From positions 15,307 to 79,306 of the forward strand of contig JBEKTP010000005.1 of NCBI GenBank assembly GCA_049515915.1: a stretch of 64,000 nucleotides of DNA. The letters run 5' to 3'. The notes beneath the pieces were generated by a model, which searched no databases, had not been told where the DNA came from, and saw nothing but the letters and a program-made list of their open reading frames with translations. Each line of letters begins with the position of its first letter. Within the stretch, counting starts at the first letter, position 1. Made by a program: the position numbers and the translations under genes. Source of the DNA: Patescibacteria group bacterium. Lineage in GTDB: Bacteria > Patescibacteriota > UBA1384 > UBA12157 > JAENIV01. This document shows positions 19,094 through 30,215 of this stretch, one piece after another.

Positions 19094-19465
19094 TTATATA
19101 ATTTCGGCTAAGATTTCACCGCCAATGCCTTTTTTGCGAGCCTCTTCACCGGACATTAATCCCTCAGAAGTTGAAAGAATAAATAAGCCTCTAGGGGTTC
19201 GCGTTTTTGGAATTTGAGAGGAAACAGTATAAACTCGGCGACCCGGTCGACTAACCCGCTGGATTTTCAGCATAATACTGCTCGGTTCAATTTCAATTTT
19301 TTTAAAATTCTTATCAGCCATTTCTTTAAAGTCGGCGATATAGCCATTGGTTTTTAATATTATCAAAATGGCTATCTTTAACTTTGAATACGGCACTTTT
19401 AAACTCTTCTTACGAGCAAGGGAAGCGTTTTTGATTTGGGTAAGCATTTCTGTAATTGGATCCAT
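19094..19465 (-). CDS. rpsH: 30S ribosomal protein S8 (start at internal Met MDPITEM)
   Basis: DPITEMLTQIKNA matches the S8 N-terminus (DPIADMLTRIRNG). The GTG at 19507 is an alternative start. Confidence 0.85.
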   Translation of the reverse strand: MDPITEMLTQIKNASLARKKSLKVPYSKLKIAILIILKTNGYIADFKEMADKNFKKIEIEPSSIMLKIQRVSRPGRRVYTVSSQIPKTRTPRGLFILSTSEGLMSGEEARKKGIGGEILAEII

Positions 19466-19516
19466 GATTCTCCTATATATTAGTAACGCGGTTTGGCCTT
19501 TGGCCACCTGCGTTAT

Positions 19517-19702
19517 TTACCATGACGATTTGGTAACTCCTGGGATCTGACCTTTACTGGCTAATTCGCGAAAGCAGATTCGACAAATACCAAACTTGCT
19601 TAAATATCCCCGGCGACGACCACAACGACTGCAACGATGAACCACCCGGGTTGAAAATTTGGGTTTGCGTTTTGCTCTTTCGATTTGCGAAACTTTAGCC
19701 AT
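19517..19702 (-). CDS. rpsZ: 30S ribosomal protein S14 type Z
   Basis: A 61-aa protein with a C..C...C..C zinc-binding motif, as in S14. Confidence 0.85.
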   Translation of the reverse strand: MAKVSQIERAKRKPKFSTRVVHRCSRCGRRRGYLSKFGICRICFRELASKGQIPGVTKSSW

Positions 19703-20260
19703 TTATTTCCTTTCACTTTCGGTTTTTTGAAACGGGAAGCCTAAAGCTTTAATTAACGCTTGGCCTTCTTTAAGATTGACGGCCGTCGTGACAAATGTAA
19801 TCGACATCCCATGAATGGTCTCAGCTTTTTCGTGAGTAATCTCCGGAAAAATAATCTGCTCGGCCAAGCCCAAAGTATAATTACCATTACGATCAAAACC
19901 TTTTGTGCTTAACCCCCGAAAATCTCGAAGCCGCGGTAAAACGATATTGGCCAGCTTATCGACGAAATCATACATTCTCGTGCCGCGCAGCGTGACAACC
20001 AATCCTACTTGATCGCCCTGCCGAATTTTAAAACCGGAAATAGCAGTTTTAGCCTTGCGGTTAACGGGCATTTGTCCAGTGATGGCTTGAAGAGTGGCTT
20101 TGGTCACATCCATAAATTTTGGATTAGTTTTAGCTTGACCCGTACCAACATTAATAACCACTTTTAACAATTTTGGAACATCTAAAATATTTTGAAGCTC
20201 TAATTCATTTCTCAAATCGTTTGCTAATTTTTTGTCAAAAACTTCTTTTAAATGCGACAT
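19703..20260 (-). CDS. rplE: 50S ribosomal protein L5
   Basis: L5 family pattern in its conserved position. Confidence 0.9.
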   Translation of the reverse strand: MSHLKEVFDKKLANDLRNELELQNILDVPKLLKVVINVGTGQAKTNPKFMDVTKATLQAITGQMPVNRKAKTAISGFKIRQGDQVGLVVTLRGTRMYDFVDKLANIVLPRLRDFRGLSTKGFDRNGNYTLGLAEQIIFPEITHEKAETIHGMSITFVTTAVNLKEGQALIKALGFPFQKTESERK

Positions 20261-20263
20261 ATT

Positions 20264-20593
20264 TTAACCTTGAGTATCTAAACTCTCTTTGCATTTCCGA
20301 CAAATTCTCATCTTTTTGCCTTCGGCTTGCTGATACCCGACGCGAGTAGGGTTGGTGCAACGCGGACAAACGATTGTCACATTAGAGGCATTAATCGGCG
20401 CTAATACATCAATGATCCCGCCGTGAGGCGACTTACGCGAAGGTTTTAGATGTTTTTTAATTACATTTATTCCGACAACTGTAACTTTATTTTTTTTAGG
20501 GAAAACCTTTTCAATCGGGCCGCGCTTGCCTCGATCTTTACCCGAATTGATAATGACAGTATCGCCTTTTTTAATCTTTAAATTACTCTCCAT
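20264..20593 (-). CDS. rplX: 50S ribosomal protein L24 with a C-terminal zinc-ribbon extension
   Basis: KOW motif KIKKGDTVIINSGKDRGKRG, then a tail CPRC...CRKC. Confidence 0.85.
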   Translation of the reverse strand: MESNLKIKKGDTVIINSGKDRGKRGPIEKVFPKKNKVTVVGINVIKKHLKPSRKSPHGGIIDVLAPINASNVTIVCPRCTNPTRVGYQQAEGKKMRICRKCKESLDTQG

Positions 20594-20961
20594 TACAAGA
20601 CCTCCATCGCCATTGAAATTATTTTTGTAAAGCCAAGATCTCTGAGTTCGCGAGCCACAGGGCCAAAAATCCGGCTGCCGCGAGGGGTGTTGTCGGGATT
20701 TAATATAACTATAGAATTATCGTCAAATCGAATACTTGTTCCATCAGAGCGTGGTAAAGGTTTAACTTGTCTGACGATAACACCACGGACAACTTCCTTT
20801 TTTTTGACCGTACTATGCGGTGTGGCCACTTTGACTGAGCCAATAATAATATTGCCGATTTTTGCCGCATTCGGCTTTCCGCCTCCGATTACACGAATAA
20901 CCATGACCTCTTTAGCACCTGAGTTATCCGCAACTTTTAATCTTGTATACGACTGAATCAT
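20593..20961 (-). CDS. rplN: 50S ribosomal protein L14
   Basis: [24 protein letters not shown] matches L14. Confidence 0.9.
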   Translation of the reverse strand: MIQSYTRLKVADNSGAKEVMVIRVIGGGKPNAAKIGNIIIGSVKVATPHSTVKKKEVVRGVIVRQVKPLPRSDGTSIRFDDNSIVILNPDNTPRGSRIFGPVARELRDLGFTKIISMAMEVL

Positions 20962-20962
20962 T

Positions 20963-21274
20963 TTACTTATTACCTTTAATACTTACGACTTTCCAAGCTT
21001 TATTTTTACTGATCCGGCGAGATTCCTCGATAATAACCGTCTGGCCACGTTTGACATCTTCTTCGGTGTGAGCGAGGATTTTTTTACTCAAGACAAATCT
21101 CTTTTTATACAGGGGATGGATATTAACCGAATTAATTAAAACTGGCACAGTTTTACTGAGACTATCTTTAGTCGCCACTCCACTTAATCGCTTGGATGTT
21201 TTTTTACTTACCGTTATTTTTGGTCGTTCTTTGACCTTCGGGCTTTTATCAATGAATTCTTTTTTATCGGACAT
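20963..21274 (-). CDS. rpsQ: 30S ribosomal protein S17
   Basis: OB-fold S17 pattern with an N-terminal Lys-rich extension. Confidence 0.8.
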   Translation of the reverse strand: MSDKKEFIDKSPKVKERPKITVSKKTSKRLSGVATKDSLSKTVPVLINSVNIHPLYKKRFVLSKKILAHTEEDVKRGQTVIIEESRRISKNKAWKVVSIKGNK

Positions 21275-21509
21275 TTTTCACCTCTTTAGCAGATGTTGAC
21301 ACTAAATCTGCCGAAACTTTTTCGCCTAACAACGTCCAGATCCGAGCGATTTTTTTTCTTTCTAAACTGATTTCTTTAAAATTTTTCAATTTTTTCAACT
21401 TAGCACCAAACCTCAATTCCACCAGTTTATGATTTGACGCCGCTAACTCTTTAATCAATGATTTGGAATCTAAGACTTTAAGTTGTTTTAGCGATTCTTT
21501 TTGCTTCAT
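21264..21509 (-). CDS. rpmC: 50S ribosomal protein L29
   Basis: Helical L29-like sequence in its conserved position between L16 and S17. Confidence 0.7.
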   Translation of the reverse strand: MKQKESLKQLKVLDSKSLIKELAASNHKLVELRFGAKLKKLKNFKEISLERKKIARIWTLLGEKVSADLVSTSAKEVKNVR

Positions 21510-21920
21510 CTATTCTTCTTTCTTAATAAAGCGTGATTCGATATTTAATTTATGAGCCGCTAGTCTCAGTGCTTCGCGAGCGATCTCTTCGCTTACGCCG
21601 CTCATTTCAAAAAGAATACGTCCAGGTGTCACAACGGCCACAAAATGATCAAGGCCGCCCTTACCGCCGCCCATACCCACTTCGGCTGGCGTGGCTGTCA
21701 CTGGTTTATCGGGAAATATTCGAATCCAAACTTTCCCGCCCCGCTTGATAAAGTGGGTAATGGCTCGCCGAGCCGCTTCAATTTGTCTGGCAGTAACCCA
21801 ATTGCAGCTAGTAGCTTTTAAGCCATATGTGCCAAAATTAATGTTCTGGCCCCGAAGTGACATGCCTCGGCGTTTACCGCGAGCGACTTTTCGATGTTTT
21901 AATTTCTTGGGAATTAACAT
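21510..21920 (-). CDS. rplP: 50S ribosomal protein L16
   Basis: [19 protein letters not shown] matches L16. Confidence 0.9.
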   Translation of the reverse strand: MLIPKKLKHRKVARGKRRGMSLRGQNINFGTYGLKATSCNWVTARQIEAARRAITHFIKRGGKVWIRIFPDKPVTATPAEVGMGGGKGGLDHFVAVVTPGRILFEMSGVSEEIAREALRLAAHKLNIESRFIKKEE

Positions 21921-21928
21921 GATTTCCT

Positions 21929-22597
21929 TTATTCTTCGGCGATTTTATCACCTTTATAAATCCAAACTTTGACGCCAATTATTCCGTAAGTGGTTAAAGC
22001 GTCAACACGGGCAAAATCAATGTCGGCTCGAAAACGTCCCAGAGGAACTGACCCGGAACCATAATGCTCTTTTCTGGCAATTTCAGCGCCTCCTAAACGC
22101 CCCGCAACGGCAATTTTTACACCTCGGGCTTTAGCATCCATTACTTTACCCAATAATTGTTTGATCGCCCTTTTATAAGGCAGACGTTTTTCAATTTGAT
22201 AAGCGATATTTTGAGCGACAATTTCCGCTGATAAATCTGGCGATTTAACTTCAAGAATTTCGATTTCTACCTTTTTGGCTGCCAATCCCGTTTTAGGATT
22301 TCGAATCCTGGGACAATTTTTAACCAAAAAAACTTTAAGATCGTTAATTCCTTGGCCGCTCCGACCAATCAAAATACCTGGCTTTGAAGTATGAACAATT
22401 AATTTAATCGAATCTTGATCTCGGATAATTTCCGTTGACGCTACACCAGCCGTCTTACCGAATTTTTTTGACAGCGCCTTACGAATTTCAATGTCCCCAG
22501 CGAGCTTCTCGGCAAAGCCTTTATCGGCAAACCATTTCGATTGCCAATTTTTATTAATTTGGAGTCGCAAGCTGATTGGATTTACTTTATGACCCAT
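21929..22597 (-). CDS. rpsC: 30S ribosomal protein S3
   Basis: [24 protein letters not shown] and a KH domain. Confidence 0.9.
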   Translation of the reverse strand: MGHKVNPISLRLQINKNWQSKWFADKGFAEKLAGDIEIRKALSKKFGKTAGVASTEIIRDQDSIKLIVHTSKPGILIGRSGQGINDLKVFLVKNCPRIRNPKTGLAAKKVEIEILEVKSPDLSAEIVAQNIAYQIEKRLPYKRAIKQLLGKVMDAKARGVKIAVAGRLGGAEIARKEHYGSGSVPLGRFRADIDFARVDALTTYGIIGVKVWIYKGDKIAEE

Positions 22598-22599
22598 AT

Positions 22600-22998
22600 T
22601 TACTTCCTGACTTTTGATTTTTTAGTTGGATTATCAACTGTTAAATAAATCGTAATGTGAGACATTCTCTTAAGAATCGAAGTGGCACGTCCTTGATGAA
22701 TAATGCGGCGACGCTTAAGTTTCGGGCCTTCGTCAACTGCCACCGCCTTGATATATAACGGCGCAGTAATATTTTTATCTTTGGCCTGCGAAATTCCTGC
22801 TTTTAAAACGGAAATTAAAGGTCGTCGGGCCGCTTGAGGAAAAAACGTCAAGACATTGATTGCCTCGTTGACTTCTTTCCCTAAGGCAATTTTTGAGACA
22901 AATCTTAACTTGTCTGGCGCCGTTTTGATAAAACGGCTTCGAACTTTCATTTCCGTGACGGTTTTTTTTTCAATCGTTTTTATTGGAGCGTTTGCCAT
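22600..22998 (-). CDS. rplV: 50S ribosomal protein L22
   Basis: L22 pattern in its conserved position. Confidence 0.85.
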   Translation of the reverse strand: MANAPIKTIEKKTVTEMKVRSRFIKTAPDKLRFVSKIALGKEVNEAINVLTFFPQAARRPLISVLKAGISQAKDKNITAPLYIKAVAVDEGPKLKRRRIIHQGRATSILKRMSHITIYLTVDNPTKKSKVRK

Positions 22999-23004
22999 TT
23001 TTCC

Positions 23005-23343
23005 TTATTTCTTCTCGGGCTCAGCGGAAGCTTGTTTAATCGCCGTCGTCTCTTTTCGAATGACTGCGGCTGCTTCCTCACGCGCCATCCTCCCGCCATG
23101 ACGAATAAATTTGCGCGTGGGCGAAAACTCTCCTAACTTATGACCAACCATGTCTTCAACAATCAACACAGCCGTATGGGTTCGACCATTATGAATACCG
23201 ATTCTAAAACCCACCATTTCCGGTGAAATAGTCGAATTCCTGGCCCAAGTTTTAATAACGGTTTGGTCGCCTTGACGCAGGTTGGAAATTTTTTTTAGAA
23301 TATTTTCGTCAACATAGGGACCTTTTTTTAATGATCGACTCAT
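23005..23343 (-). CDS. rpsS: 30S ribosomal protein S19
   Basis: [19 protein letters not shown] matches S19. Confidence 0.9.
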   Translation of the reverse strand: MSRSLKKGPYVDENILKKISNLRQGDQTVIKTWARNSTISPEMVGFRIGIHNGRTHTAVLIVEDMVGHKLGEFSPTRKFIRHGGRMAREEAAAVIRKETTAIKQASAEPEKK

Positions 23344-23344
23344 C

Positions 23345-24172
23345 TTATTTCTTTCTCCTATTGATAATCATCTTATCTGAATATTTATTTCTTTTTCGGG
23401 TTTTAACACCTAAAGCATGTTTACCCCAAGGGGTCTTAGGATATTTTAAACCGATAGGGTTGACCCCTTCGCCACCGCCATGCGGGTGCGCATCGGGATG
23501 CATCGCTTTACCACGAACTGAGGGGCGGATTCCCATGTGTCGAACGCGCCCGGCTTTACCAATTCGCTGAAGAAAGTTGGTGATATTTGAAGCCTGACCA
23601 ATACTGGCAAAACAATTTTTATTCAATTTACGAACCTCACCTGAAGGCAAACGAACGTTGACGTAACCACCTTCTTTAGCCGTAATCGACGCTTGGGCCC
23701 CGGCTGAGCGGACGATTTTGCCGCCTTGACCTGGCTGAATTTCAACATCGAAGATGGCCACCCCATTGGGGATATTACTTAGTCTCATCCGATTGCCCTC
23801 TTGAATTTCAGTTTTCTCGTCAGCAATAACTTCTAGACCGACCCTAATTTTATCCCAGGCTAAAACGTAAGCTAATTTTTTATCTTCAAATTTCATCAAA
23901 GCAATAAAGGCACTGCGATTAGGATCATATTCTAAAGACTGAACAGTGGCTTTTTTGCCGAAATGTTGATCTAAAGACGAAATAACACGAAATTTTCTTT
24001 TCTCTCCCCCACCTTTATGGCGGACGCTTATTTGTCCGAAGCTGTCTCGACCGAATGAACGTTTCATCGCCACTGTTAACGACCGTTTAGGTTTTTTCGC
24101 CGTCAATAAAGAATAGTCAGTCACTGACATTTTACGTCTACCTTTGTTGGTCGGTTTTAATTCTTTAATCAT
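23345..24172 (-). CDS. rplB: 50S ribosomal protein L2
   Basis: L2 motifs including GRNxxGxITxRHxGGGHK-like [11 protein letters not shown] and the C-terminal GGGEG. Confidence 0.9.
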   Translation of the reverse strand: MIKELKPTNKGRRKMSVTDYSLLTAKKPKRSLTVAMKRSFGRDSFGQISVRHKGGGEKRKFRVISSLDQHFGKKATVQSLEYDPNRSAFIALMKFEDKKLAYVLAWDKIRVGLEVIADEKTEIQEGNRMRLSNIPNGVAIFDVEIQPGQGGKIVRSAGAQASITAKEGGYVNVRLPSGEVRKLNKNCFASIGQASNITNFLQRIGKAGRVRHMGIRPSVRGKAMHPDAHPHGGGEGVNPIGLKYPKTPWGKHALGVKTRKRNKYSDKMIINRRKK

Positions 24173-24235
24173 TATCTAATCTTCTTTTTAATATAATTCT
24201 TATTCGTACTTTTTCCTGAAAAAAATTCGTCGTAT

Positions 24236-24511
24236 TTATTCTTCGTATCCTGGAATTTTTTGACCTTTTTTCAAAGTGATAATTGCTTTTTTCCAATCTT
24301 TTCTGGTGCTTTCGAATCGGCCTCGAACAAGCTTTTTTTTACCCTTGACACTTATGACTCTTACAGCGACCACGTTAACTTTATATAAATCCTCAACCGC
24401 TTTGGCGATACTTACTTTATTAGCTTTGGACGAAACCTCGAAAACATATCTGCCTTCGGCAACGTGAGCTAATGATTTCTCCGTAATAATAGGTGAAATT
24501 AATATCGGCAT
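24236..24511 (-). CDS. rplW: 50S ribosomal protein L23
   Basis: L23 family pattern in its conserved position. Confidence 0.85.
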   Translation of the reverse strand: MPILISPIITEKSLAHVAEGRYVFEVSSKANKVSIAKAVEDLYKVNVVAVRVISVKGKKKLVRGRFESTRKDWKKAIITLKKGQKIPGYEE

Positions 24512-25147
24512 TTATTGTTCCTTTTGGCCACCGTAACGCATTTCAATCGCTTTTAATCCTTCGGTGTCAGTAAGCAAAAAATCATATTTTAGAAGATCGA
24601 GTAGTTTCATACCCGAAAGCTGAACCGGCTTTATATATTTTAAATTGGCCGCTGATAATTCTAAATTGGCATTAGTCTTGGGTAAAACCACTAAAATCCG
24701 GCCTTCCTCAATGGGTAGCTTTTCAAGAAATGATTGCATTTTTGAGGTGCCGATAGCCGGAAATTCTAAAGATTTAGTGATAATCATTTTTTTATTCTTG
24801 ATTTTCTCGGCTAAAACAACGCGAATCGCTGCCGCTGACATTTTTTGGTTTAACCGGTTTTTATAATTTCTGATATTTCTCGGACCGAAAGTCACCCCGC
24901 CGCCAATCCAGAGAGGTGAGCGACTTGAGCCGGCTCGGGCTCGACCGGTCCCTTTTTGACGAAACGGTTTTTTACCCCCGCCCGAAACTTCACCCCGATT
25001 TTTGCTATGAGCGTTAGACTGTCTTAAATTATTAAGGTGTGCCCGCACGACTTGAACCATCAAAGCATCTTTAGACTTGGCCTCAGAAATGGCCGGCGAT
25101 ATTTCAATTTGTTCATTGGCTGCTCCGTTATATACTCTAAGCTTCAT
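24512..25147 (-). CDS. rplD: 50S ribosomal protein L4
   Basis: L4 family pattern in its conserved position. Confidence 0.9.
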   Translation of the reverse strand: MKLRVYNGAANEQIEISPAISEAKSKDALMVQVVRAHLNNLRQSNAHSKNRGEVSGGGKKPFRQKGTGRARAGSSRSPLWIGGGVTFGPRNIRNYKNRLNQKMSAAAIRVVLAEKIKNKKMIITKSLEFPAIGTSKMQSFLEKLPIEEGRILVVLPKTNANLELSAANLKYIKPVQLSGMKLLDLLKYDFLLTDTEGLKAIEMRYGGQKEQ

Positions 25148-25775
25148 TGATGGCCTCCTGAATTTCTGGCTTTTCGTTCGGACTCCAGATTAAAACTAAA
25201 GATTGATTGGCTCCCGGCACAGCCCCTTTAAGATAAATTCGTTTATTTGGCCGGTCAACTTTAAAAACTTCGATATTTTTTGAGGTAACGCGCTCGGCAC
25301 CCATATGTCCGCCCATCCGGCGGCCTTTAACCACTCGTTGTGGGAAAGTCGAACCGATCGAGCCTGGTTGGCGATAATTATTTGAACCGTGAGTTCGCGG
25401 GCCGGTATTAAAATGGTGACGTTTGACCGTCCCTTGAAATCCTTTTCCTTTAGAAATTCCAGTCACATTAACCAATTCGCCTTCATTAAGAATTTCAAGA
25501 CCAATTTTATCACCGACTTTTAAATCTTGATTAGTTTTAACTTCAAATAATTTAGCTGATTTGGTTTTGGCCGGCGCCAAGTGTCCGGCTTCAGCTTTAT
25601 TTAATCGGCGTTTTTCGCCCATCCCAAACTGATAAGCTTGATAGCCGTCTTTATCGACTTTTTTGATTTGAGTAACCGTGTTTTCGGGCATTTCTAAGAC
25701 AGTGACCGCAATATTCTTGCCGCTTTCATCGAAAAGCCGGGTCATCATCAATTTTTTGCCGTAAATTGCACGCAT
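25137..25775 (-). CDS. rplC: 50S ribosomal protein L3
   Basis: L3 family pattern (GKGFQGTVKRHHF). Confidence 0.9.
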   Translation of the reverse strand: MRAIYGKKLMMTRLFDESGKNIAVTVLEMPENTVTQIKKVDKDGYQAYQFGMGEKRRLNKAEAGHLAPAKTKSAKLFEVKTNQDLKVGDKIGLEILNEGELVNVTGISKGKGFQGTVKRHHFNTGPRTHGSNNYRQPGSIGSTFPQRVVKGRRMGGHMGAERVTSKNIEVFKVDRPNKRIYLKGAVPGANQSLVLIWSPNEKPEIQEAINEA

Positions 25776-25895
25776 TTCGTCATAAACTCCACAACCTAAA
25801 ATTATTTCTCCGGAAACATCCCATAAAAATATTCGAGATATTATCCTGAAATATTTTCTGTACTTTTTACTTATTAACTATTACTTATGCCTTTT

Positions 25896-26234
25896 TTAGG
25901 TTTTTATCTCAATATCCACGCCGGCCGGCAAATCAAGACTCATCAGTGAATCAATTGTTTTGGCCGAAGGTTCCATCACGTCAATTAATCGTTTATGGAT
26001 TCTGATTTCAAACTGTTCACGGGCATCTTTATGGATAAAAGGTGATTTCAAAACGGTAACTTTACTTTTTTCCGTTGGCAAAGGAATCGGCCCTGTTACC
26101 ACCGCACCCGTCCTTTCAGCCGTTTCAATAATTTTTCGGGCTGACTTGTCAATAATGCGATGATCGTATGCCTTTAGGCGAATCCTAATTTTTTGTTTTG
26201 GTGCTTCGCCTTTATGATGTTCAGTTTTATCCAT
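25896..26234 (-). CDS. rpsJ: 30S ribosomal protein S10
   Basis: [30 protein letters not shown] matches S10. Confidence 0.9.
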   Translation of the reverse strand: MDKTEHHKGEAPKQKIRIRLKAYDHRIIDKSARKIIETAERTGAVVTGPIPLPTEKSKVTVLKSPFIHKDAREQFEIRIHKRLIDVMEPSAKTIDSLMSLDLPAGVDIEIKT

Positions 26235-26271
26235 GATATTTTGCCAACGTGCCTTTACCTATAATGATATT

Positions 26272-27456
26272 TTACTTAACAATTTTAGTCACGACTCCTG
26301 CGCCAACAGTCTTGCCGCCTTCGCGGATAGCAAACTTCATCCCATCTTCCATCGCTACCGGCTGGAGAAGTTTAACTTTGAAAGTCACTGTGTCGCCCGG
26401 CATAACCATTTCGGTATCGGCCGGCAGTTCCACTTCACCGGTCACGTCAGTGGTTCGAATGTAAAATTGCGGTTTATAGCCTTTAAAGAACGGTGTATGT
26501 CGGCCACCTTCCTCTTTGCTTAAAATATAGACTTCAGATTCAAATTCGGTATGTGGCGTGATCGAACCAGGTTTAACAATAACTTGACCGCGCTCGACAT
26601 CTTCGCGTTCAACACCGCGCAAAAGCAGTCCAACATTATCGCCGGCAATTCCTTCATCAAGCTGTTTTTTAAACATTTCAACACCAGTCACCACAACTTT
26701 TTTAGTTGGTTTAAGACCGACAATCTCAACATTTTCATTAATTTTAACTTTACCGCGCTCTATTCGGCCGGTGGCCACCGTACCACGACCTTTAATAGAG
26801 AAAACGTCTTCGACAGCCATCAAAAATGGTTTCTCGACATCACGCTGCGGTTCAGGAATATAAGAGTCCAAAGCATTCAATAATTCTTCGATGGATTTTT
26901 CCGCCTCAGGGTCACCCTCAAGAGCTTTCAAGGCTGAACCTTTGATAATAGGAACTTCATCGCCTGGGTAATTATATTTTTTTAAAAGATCACGAACTTC
27001 CATTTCTACCAAATCCAAAAGTTCTGGATCGGTCACTTGGTCGATTTTGTTTAAGAAAACAATGACCGAAGGAACGCCAACTTGACCGGCCAAAAGAATG
27101 TGCTCGCGCGTTTGAGGCATCGGACCGTCAGCGGCCGAAACCACTAAAATCGCACCGTCCATCTGCGCCGCGCCAGTAATCATATTTTTAACATAGTCAG
27201 CGTGTCCCGGACAATCAACGTGAGCGTAATGGCGCTTTTCAGTTTCATATTCCTGATGTGAAGTGGCAATAGTAATACCGCGTTCTTTTTCTTCCGGTGC
27301 GTTGTCAATCTGATCAACCGATCGCGCTTGGGCCAAGCCTTTTTTGGCTTGTACTTTTAAAATTGCCGCGGTAAGAGTAGTTTTGCCGTGGTCAACGTGA
27401 CCAATGGTACCCACATTAACGTGTGGTTTCTTGCGCTCAAATTTTCCGTCTGCCAT
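26272..27456 (-). CDS. tuf: Elongation factor Tu
   Basis: [22 protein letters not shown] and NKID G-domain motifs across the full length. Confidence 0.95.
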   Translation of the reverse strand: MADGKFERKKPHVNVGTIGHVDHGKTTLTAAILKVQAKKGLAQARSVDQIDNAPEEKERGITIATSHQEYETEKRHYAHVDCPGHADYVKNMITGAAQMDGAILVVSAADGPMPQTREHILLAGQVGVPSVIVFLNKIDQVTDPELLDLVEMEVRDLLKKYNYPGDEVPIIKGSALKALEGDPEAEKSIEELLNALDSYIPEPQRDVEKPFLMAVEDVFSIKGRGTVATGRIERGKVKINENVEIVGLKPTKKVVVTGVEMFKKQLDEGIAGDNVGLLLRGVEREDVERGQVIVKPGSITPHTEFESEVYILSKEEGGRHTPFFKGYKPQFYIRTTDVTGEVELPADTEMVMPGDTVTFKVKLLQPVAMEDGMKFAIREGGKTVGAGVVTKIVK

Positions 27457-27603
27457 TTTAAAACTCCTGTTTCTAAAATAAAATTAAATTTTGTTTTTTA
27501 TACTTAATTACCATACCATATCCGACAAAATTTTACAACATCCAACTATAGCGATAGATTAAAACTTACTAAAAATTGACCGATAAAAAATCCCCTCGTC
27601 TGA

Positions 27604-27632
27604 ATCTTATCATAGTGGCGAAAATTAGTCAA
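27604..27632 (-). promoter_or_regulatory. Promoter TTGACT-17-TAAGAT for tuf, followed by a ~150-nt leader
   Basis: Minus-strand -35 at 27627-27632 and -10 at 27604-27609, with a 17-nt spacer. Confidence 0.45.
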
Positions 27633-27650
27633 CATTTGATGGTTCGGCCC

Positions 27651-27679
27651 TTGACTTGAGACGAATTTTATGATACAAT
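27651..27679 (+). promoter_or_regulatory. Divergent promoter TTGACT-17-TACAAT driving the small ORF at 27690
   Basis: Plus-strand -35 TTGACT at 27651-27656, an exact 17-nt spacer and -10 TACAAT at 27674-27679. The first ATG (27678) overlaps the -10. Confidence 0.5.
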
Positions 27680-27689
27680 GCGTCGTCAA

Positions 27690-27863
27690 ATGAATCAAAT
27701 CATTATTTCAATAATTTTAATGTTTTACGGCGCTGCTTTGGGCGGTTTTCTAATCTCCTGCGCTTGTTTTTCGGCTGCTACGCGCCTCCGCGCCAACTTA
27801 TGGATTTTGGCGATGGTTTTAGGTATATTTGTTTTAAGTTGGATCGGCTTTGCGATTTCGTAA
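27690..27863 (+). CDS. Small hydrophobic protein (57 aa, two predicted TM helices), near-leaderless
   Basis: MNQIIISIILMFYGAALGGFLISCACFSAATRLRANLWILAMVLGIFVLSWIGFAIS. It has its own consensus promoter and a downstream hairpin plus T-run. It is the only plus-strand ORF within the tuf-fusA block. Confidence 0.4.
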   Translation: MNQIIISIILMFYGAALGGFLISCACFSAATRLRANLWILAMVLGIFVLSWIGFAIS

Positions 27864-27890
27864 GTTCTATCCTTAACATCGATCTATAAG

Positions 27891-27921
27891 AAAAGATCGC
27901 ACTTGGCGGTCTCTTCTTTTT
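27891..27921 (+). terminator. Putative intrinsic terminator (GAUCGC-ACUUG-GCGGUC hairpin followed by UCUUCUUUUUAU)
   Basis: Imperfect hairpin followed by a T-run on the plus strand. It may also serve fusA on the minus strand. Confidence 0.35.
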
Positions 27922-27940
27922 ATCTTGCGATTTTAATTTC

Positions 27941-30040
27941 CTATTTCTGCTTTCCTCCAATAATTTTTTGCGCAATATGTCCTGGCACTTCGGCGTAGTG
28001 GTCGAATTCCATCGTGTATGTCGCGCGGCCTTGAGTAGCGGAGCGCAATGTGGTCGAGTAACCGAACATTTCGGCGAGCGGCACCATCACGTCGATGACT
28101 TTCATTTTTGCCCGGTCGGACATATCCTGGATCTGGCAGCGCTTGGAATTTAGGTCACCCAAAACATCGCCCATAAAATCTTCGGGGGTGACGACTTCCA
28201 CTCTCATAATCGGCTCGAGCAAAATCGGATTGGCTTTTTTAACCCCGGCTTGCAAAGCCATTGAGCCAGCGATCTGAAAAGCCAGTTCTGACGAATCAAC
28301 TTCGTGAAACGAGCCGTCGTAAAGCATTACCGACATATCCACTAGTGGATAACTAGCAATGACTCCTCTGGCCATCGCTTCTATAATTCCCTTTTCAACG
28401 GCCGGAATAAATTCGCGCGGAATTTTACCGCCGACAATTTTATCGATAAACTCAAAACCCTCACCGCGTTCCTTGGGTGCCAACTCTAACCAAACGTGGC
28501 CATATTGACCGCGGCCGCCGGTTTGTCGGATATATTTACCTTCGGCTTTTATGCCCGTGGCTTTGATGGTTTCTTTATAAGCTACTTGCGGCGCGCCGAC
28601 ATTGGCTTCCACTTTAAATTCGCGCTTCATCCGCTCAACAATAATTTCCAAATGAAGTTCACCCATCCCCGCAATAATTGTTTGCATCGTTTCCGAATTG
28701 GAACTCACTTTAAAAGTCGGATCTTCTTGAGCAAGACGGGATAAAGCAATACCCATTTTTTCCTGATCTTGTTTGGTCTTCGGTTCAATGGCAACGGAAA
28801 TAACCGGATCCGGAAAAGAAATGGACTCCAAAATGATCGGATTTTTTTCATCACAAAGCGTATCGGAAGTGAATGTATCCTTGAGACCCACCGCGGCAGC
28901 AATTTCGCCAGCGAAAACTTCGGTCACTTCTTCACGGGTGTCGGCATGCATTCTGACAATCCGGCCCAATCGTTCCTTTTTATCTTTAGATGAGTTCAAA
29001 ACATAGGTGCCGGCCTTAGCTGTGCCCGAATAAACCCGAAAGAAAGTTAAAGTACCGACAAACGGATCGGCCGCGACTTTGAAAGCCAGCGCCGCAAAAG
29101 GCTCGTCGTCGGAAGCTTTACGCTCAAGCTCTTCTTCACTACGAGGCTTAATACCTTTGACCGGCGGGATATCGATAGGGGATGGTAGATACTCCACTAC
29201 GGCGTCAAGCATGGGCTGAACACCCTTGTTTTTCAGCGCCGAACCACAAAAAACCGGCACAATTTTATTGGCAATAACCGCTTTTCGTAAGACCGGTTTT
29301 AATTCTTCGTAAGTGAGTTTCGTGCCATCGAGATATTTTGAAAGCAAAGTGTCGTCTTGCTCGGCAATTTTTTCAATCAAAATTTGATGATATTTTTCCG
29401 CTTGTTCTTGATGTTCAGCTGGGATAACGTGTTCTTTAACATCTTGACCTTTGTCACCTTCGAAAGTGTAAGCTTTCATTTTAAGACAATCAATGACCAT
29501 TTCGAATTTTTCTTCGTGGCCGTTCGGGAATTGATAGATAACCGCGTGATCGGTTAGACGATCTTTAATGGAATCAAACGCTTTAAAGAAATCGGCTCCC
29601 ATCCGATCGAGTTTATTGACAAAACAGATTCGGGGAACTCCAAACTTGTCAGCTTGATGCCAAACTGTCTCCGACTGCGGCTCAACGCCGGCGACACCAT
29701 CGAAAACCACCGCCGCGCCATCGAGAACACGAAGTGATCGTTGAACTTCGGCCGTAAAATCAATATGACCAGGCGTATCGATAATATTGAAACGAATTTT
29801 TTCGGAAGGATTGTCACGGCTGGCCCAAAAACAGGTTGTTGCGGCTGAAGTGATGGTGATGCCGCGTTCTTGTTCTTGTTCCATCCAGTCCATCACCGCC
29901 TCGCCTTCGTGAACTTCGCCGATTTTATAAGTGCGTCCAGTGTAATATAAAATCCGTTCCGATACTGTTGTTTTACCGGCATCAATATGAGCGATAATGC
30001 CAAAGTTACGGGTTTTTTCGATTGGGTATTCGCGTGCCAT
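27941..30040 (-). CDS. fusA: Elongation factor G
   Basis: [17 protein letters not shown] and NKLD G-motifs plus EF-G domains II to V. Confidence 0.95.
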   Translation of the reverse strand: MAREYPIEKTRNFGIIAHIDAGKTTVSERILYYTGRTYKIGEVHEGEAVMDWMEQEQERGITITSAATTCFWASRDNPSEKIRFNIIDTPGHIDFTAEVQRSLRVLDGAAVVFDGVAGVEPQSETVWHQADKFGVPRICFVNKLDRMGADFFKAFDSIKDRLTDHAVIYQFPNGHEEKFEMVIDCLKMKAYTFEGDKGQDVKEHVIPAEHQEQAEKYHQILIEKIAEQDDTLLSKYLDGTKLTYEELKPVLRKAVIANKIVPVFCGSALKNKGVQPMLDAVVEYLPSPIDIPPVKGIKPRSEEELERKASDDEPFAALAFKVAADPFVGTLTFFRVYSGTAKAGTYVLNSSKDKKERLGRIVRMHADTREEVTEVFAGEIAAAVGLKDTFTSDTLCDEKNPIILESISFPDPVISVAIEPKTKQDQEKMGIALSRLAQEDPTFKVSSNSETMQTIIAGMGELHLEIIVERMKREFKVEANVGAPQVAYKETIKATGIKAEGKYIRQTGGRGQYGHVWLELAPKERGEGFEFIDKIVGGKIPREFIPAVEKGIIEAMARGVIASYPLVDMSVMLYDGSFHEVDSSELAFQIAGSMALQAGVKKANPILLEPIMRVEVVTPEDFMGDVLGDLNSKRCQIQDMSDRAKMKVIDVMVPLAEMFGYSTTLRSATQGRATYTMEFDHYAEVPGHIAQKIIGGKQK

Positions 30041-30089
30041 AACGCATCCTCTTTTAAAATTAAAAAAATTTCCCCTTCGTTCTTAATTA

Positions 30090-30118
30090 ATCTTACTGTA
30101 ATTTTCTTTATCCGTCAA
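30090..30118 (-). promoter_or_regulatory. Promoter TTGACG-17-TAAGAT upstream of fusA
   Basis: Minus-strand -35 at 30113-30118 and -10 at 30090-30095, with a 17-nt spacer. Confidence 0.4.
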
Positions 30119-30215
30119 CAAGAAGTATCAGCATTTTTTTCAGACGAGTGTATCTTTTCGCTTTCAATACCAAAAAAGACGATTTTTCATCTTTTTTGGA
30201 TTAAAACAATCAAAT

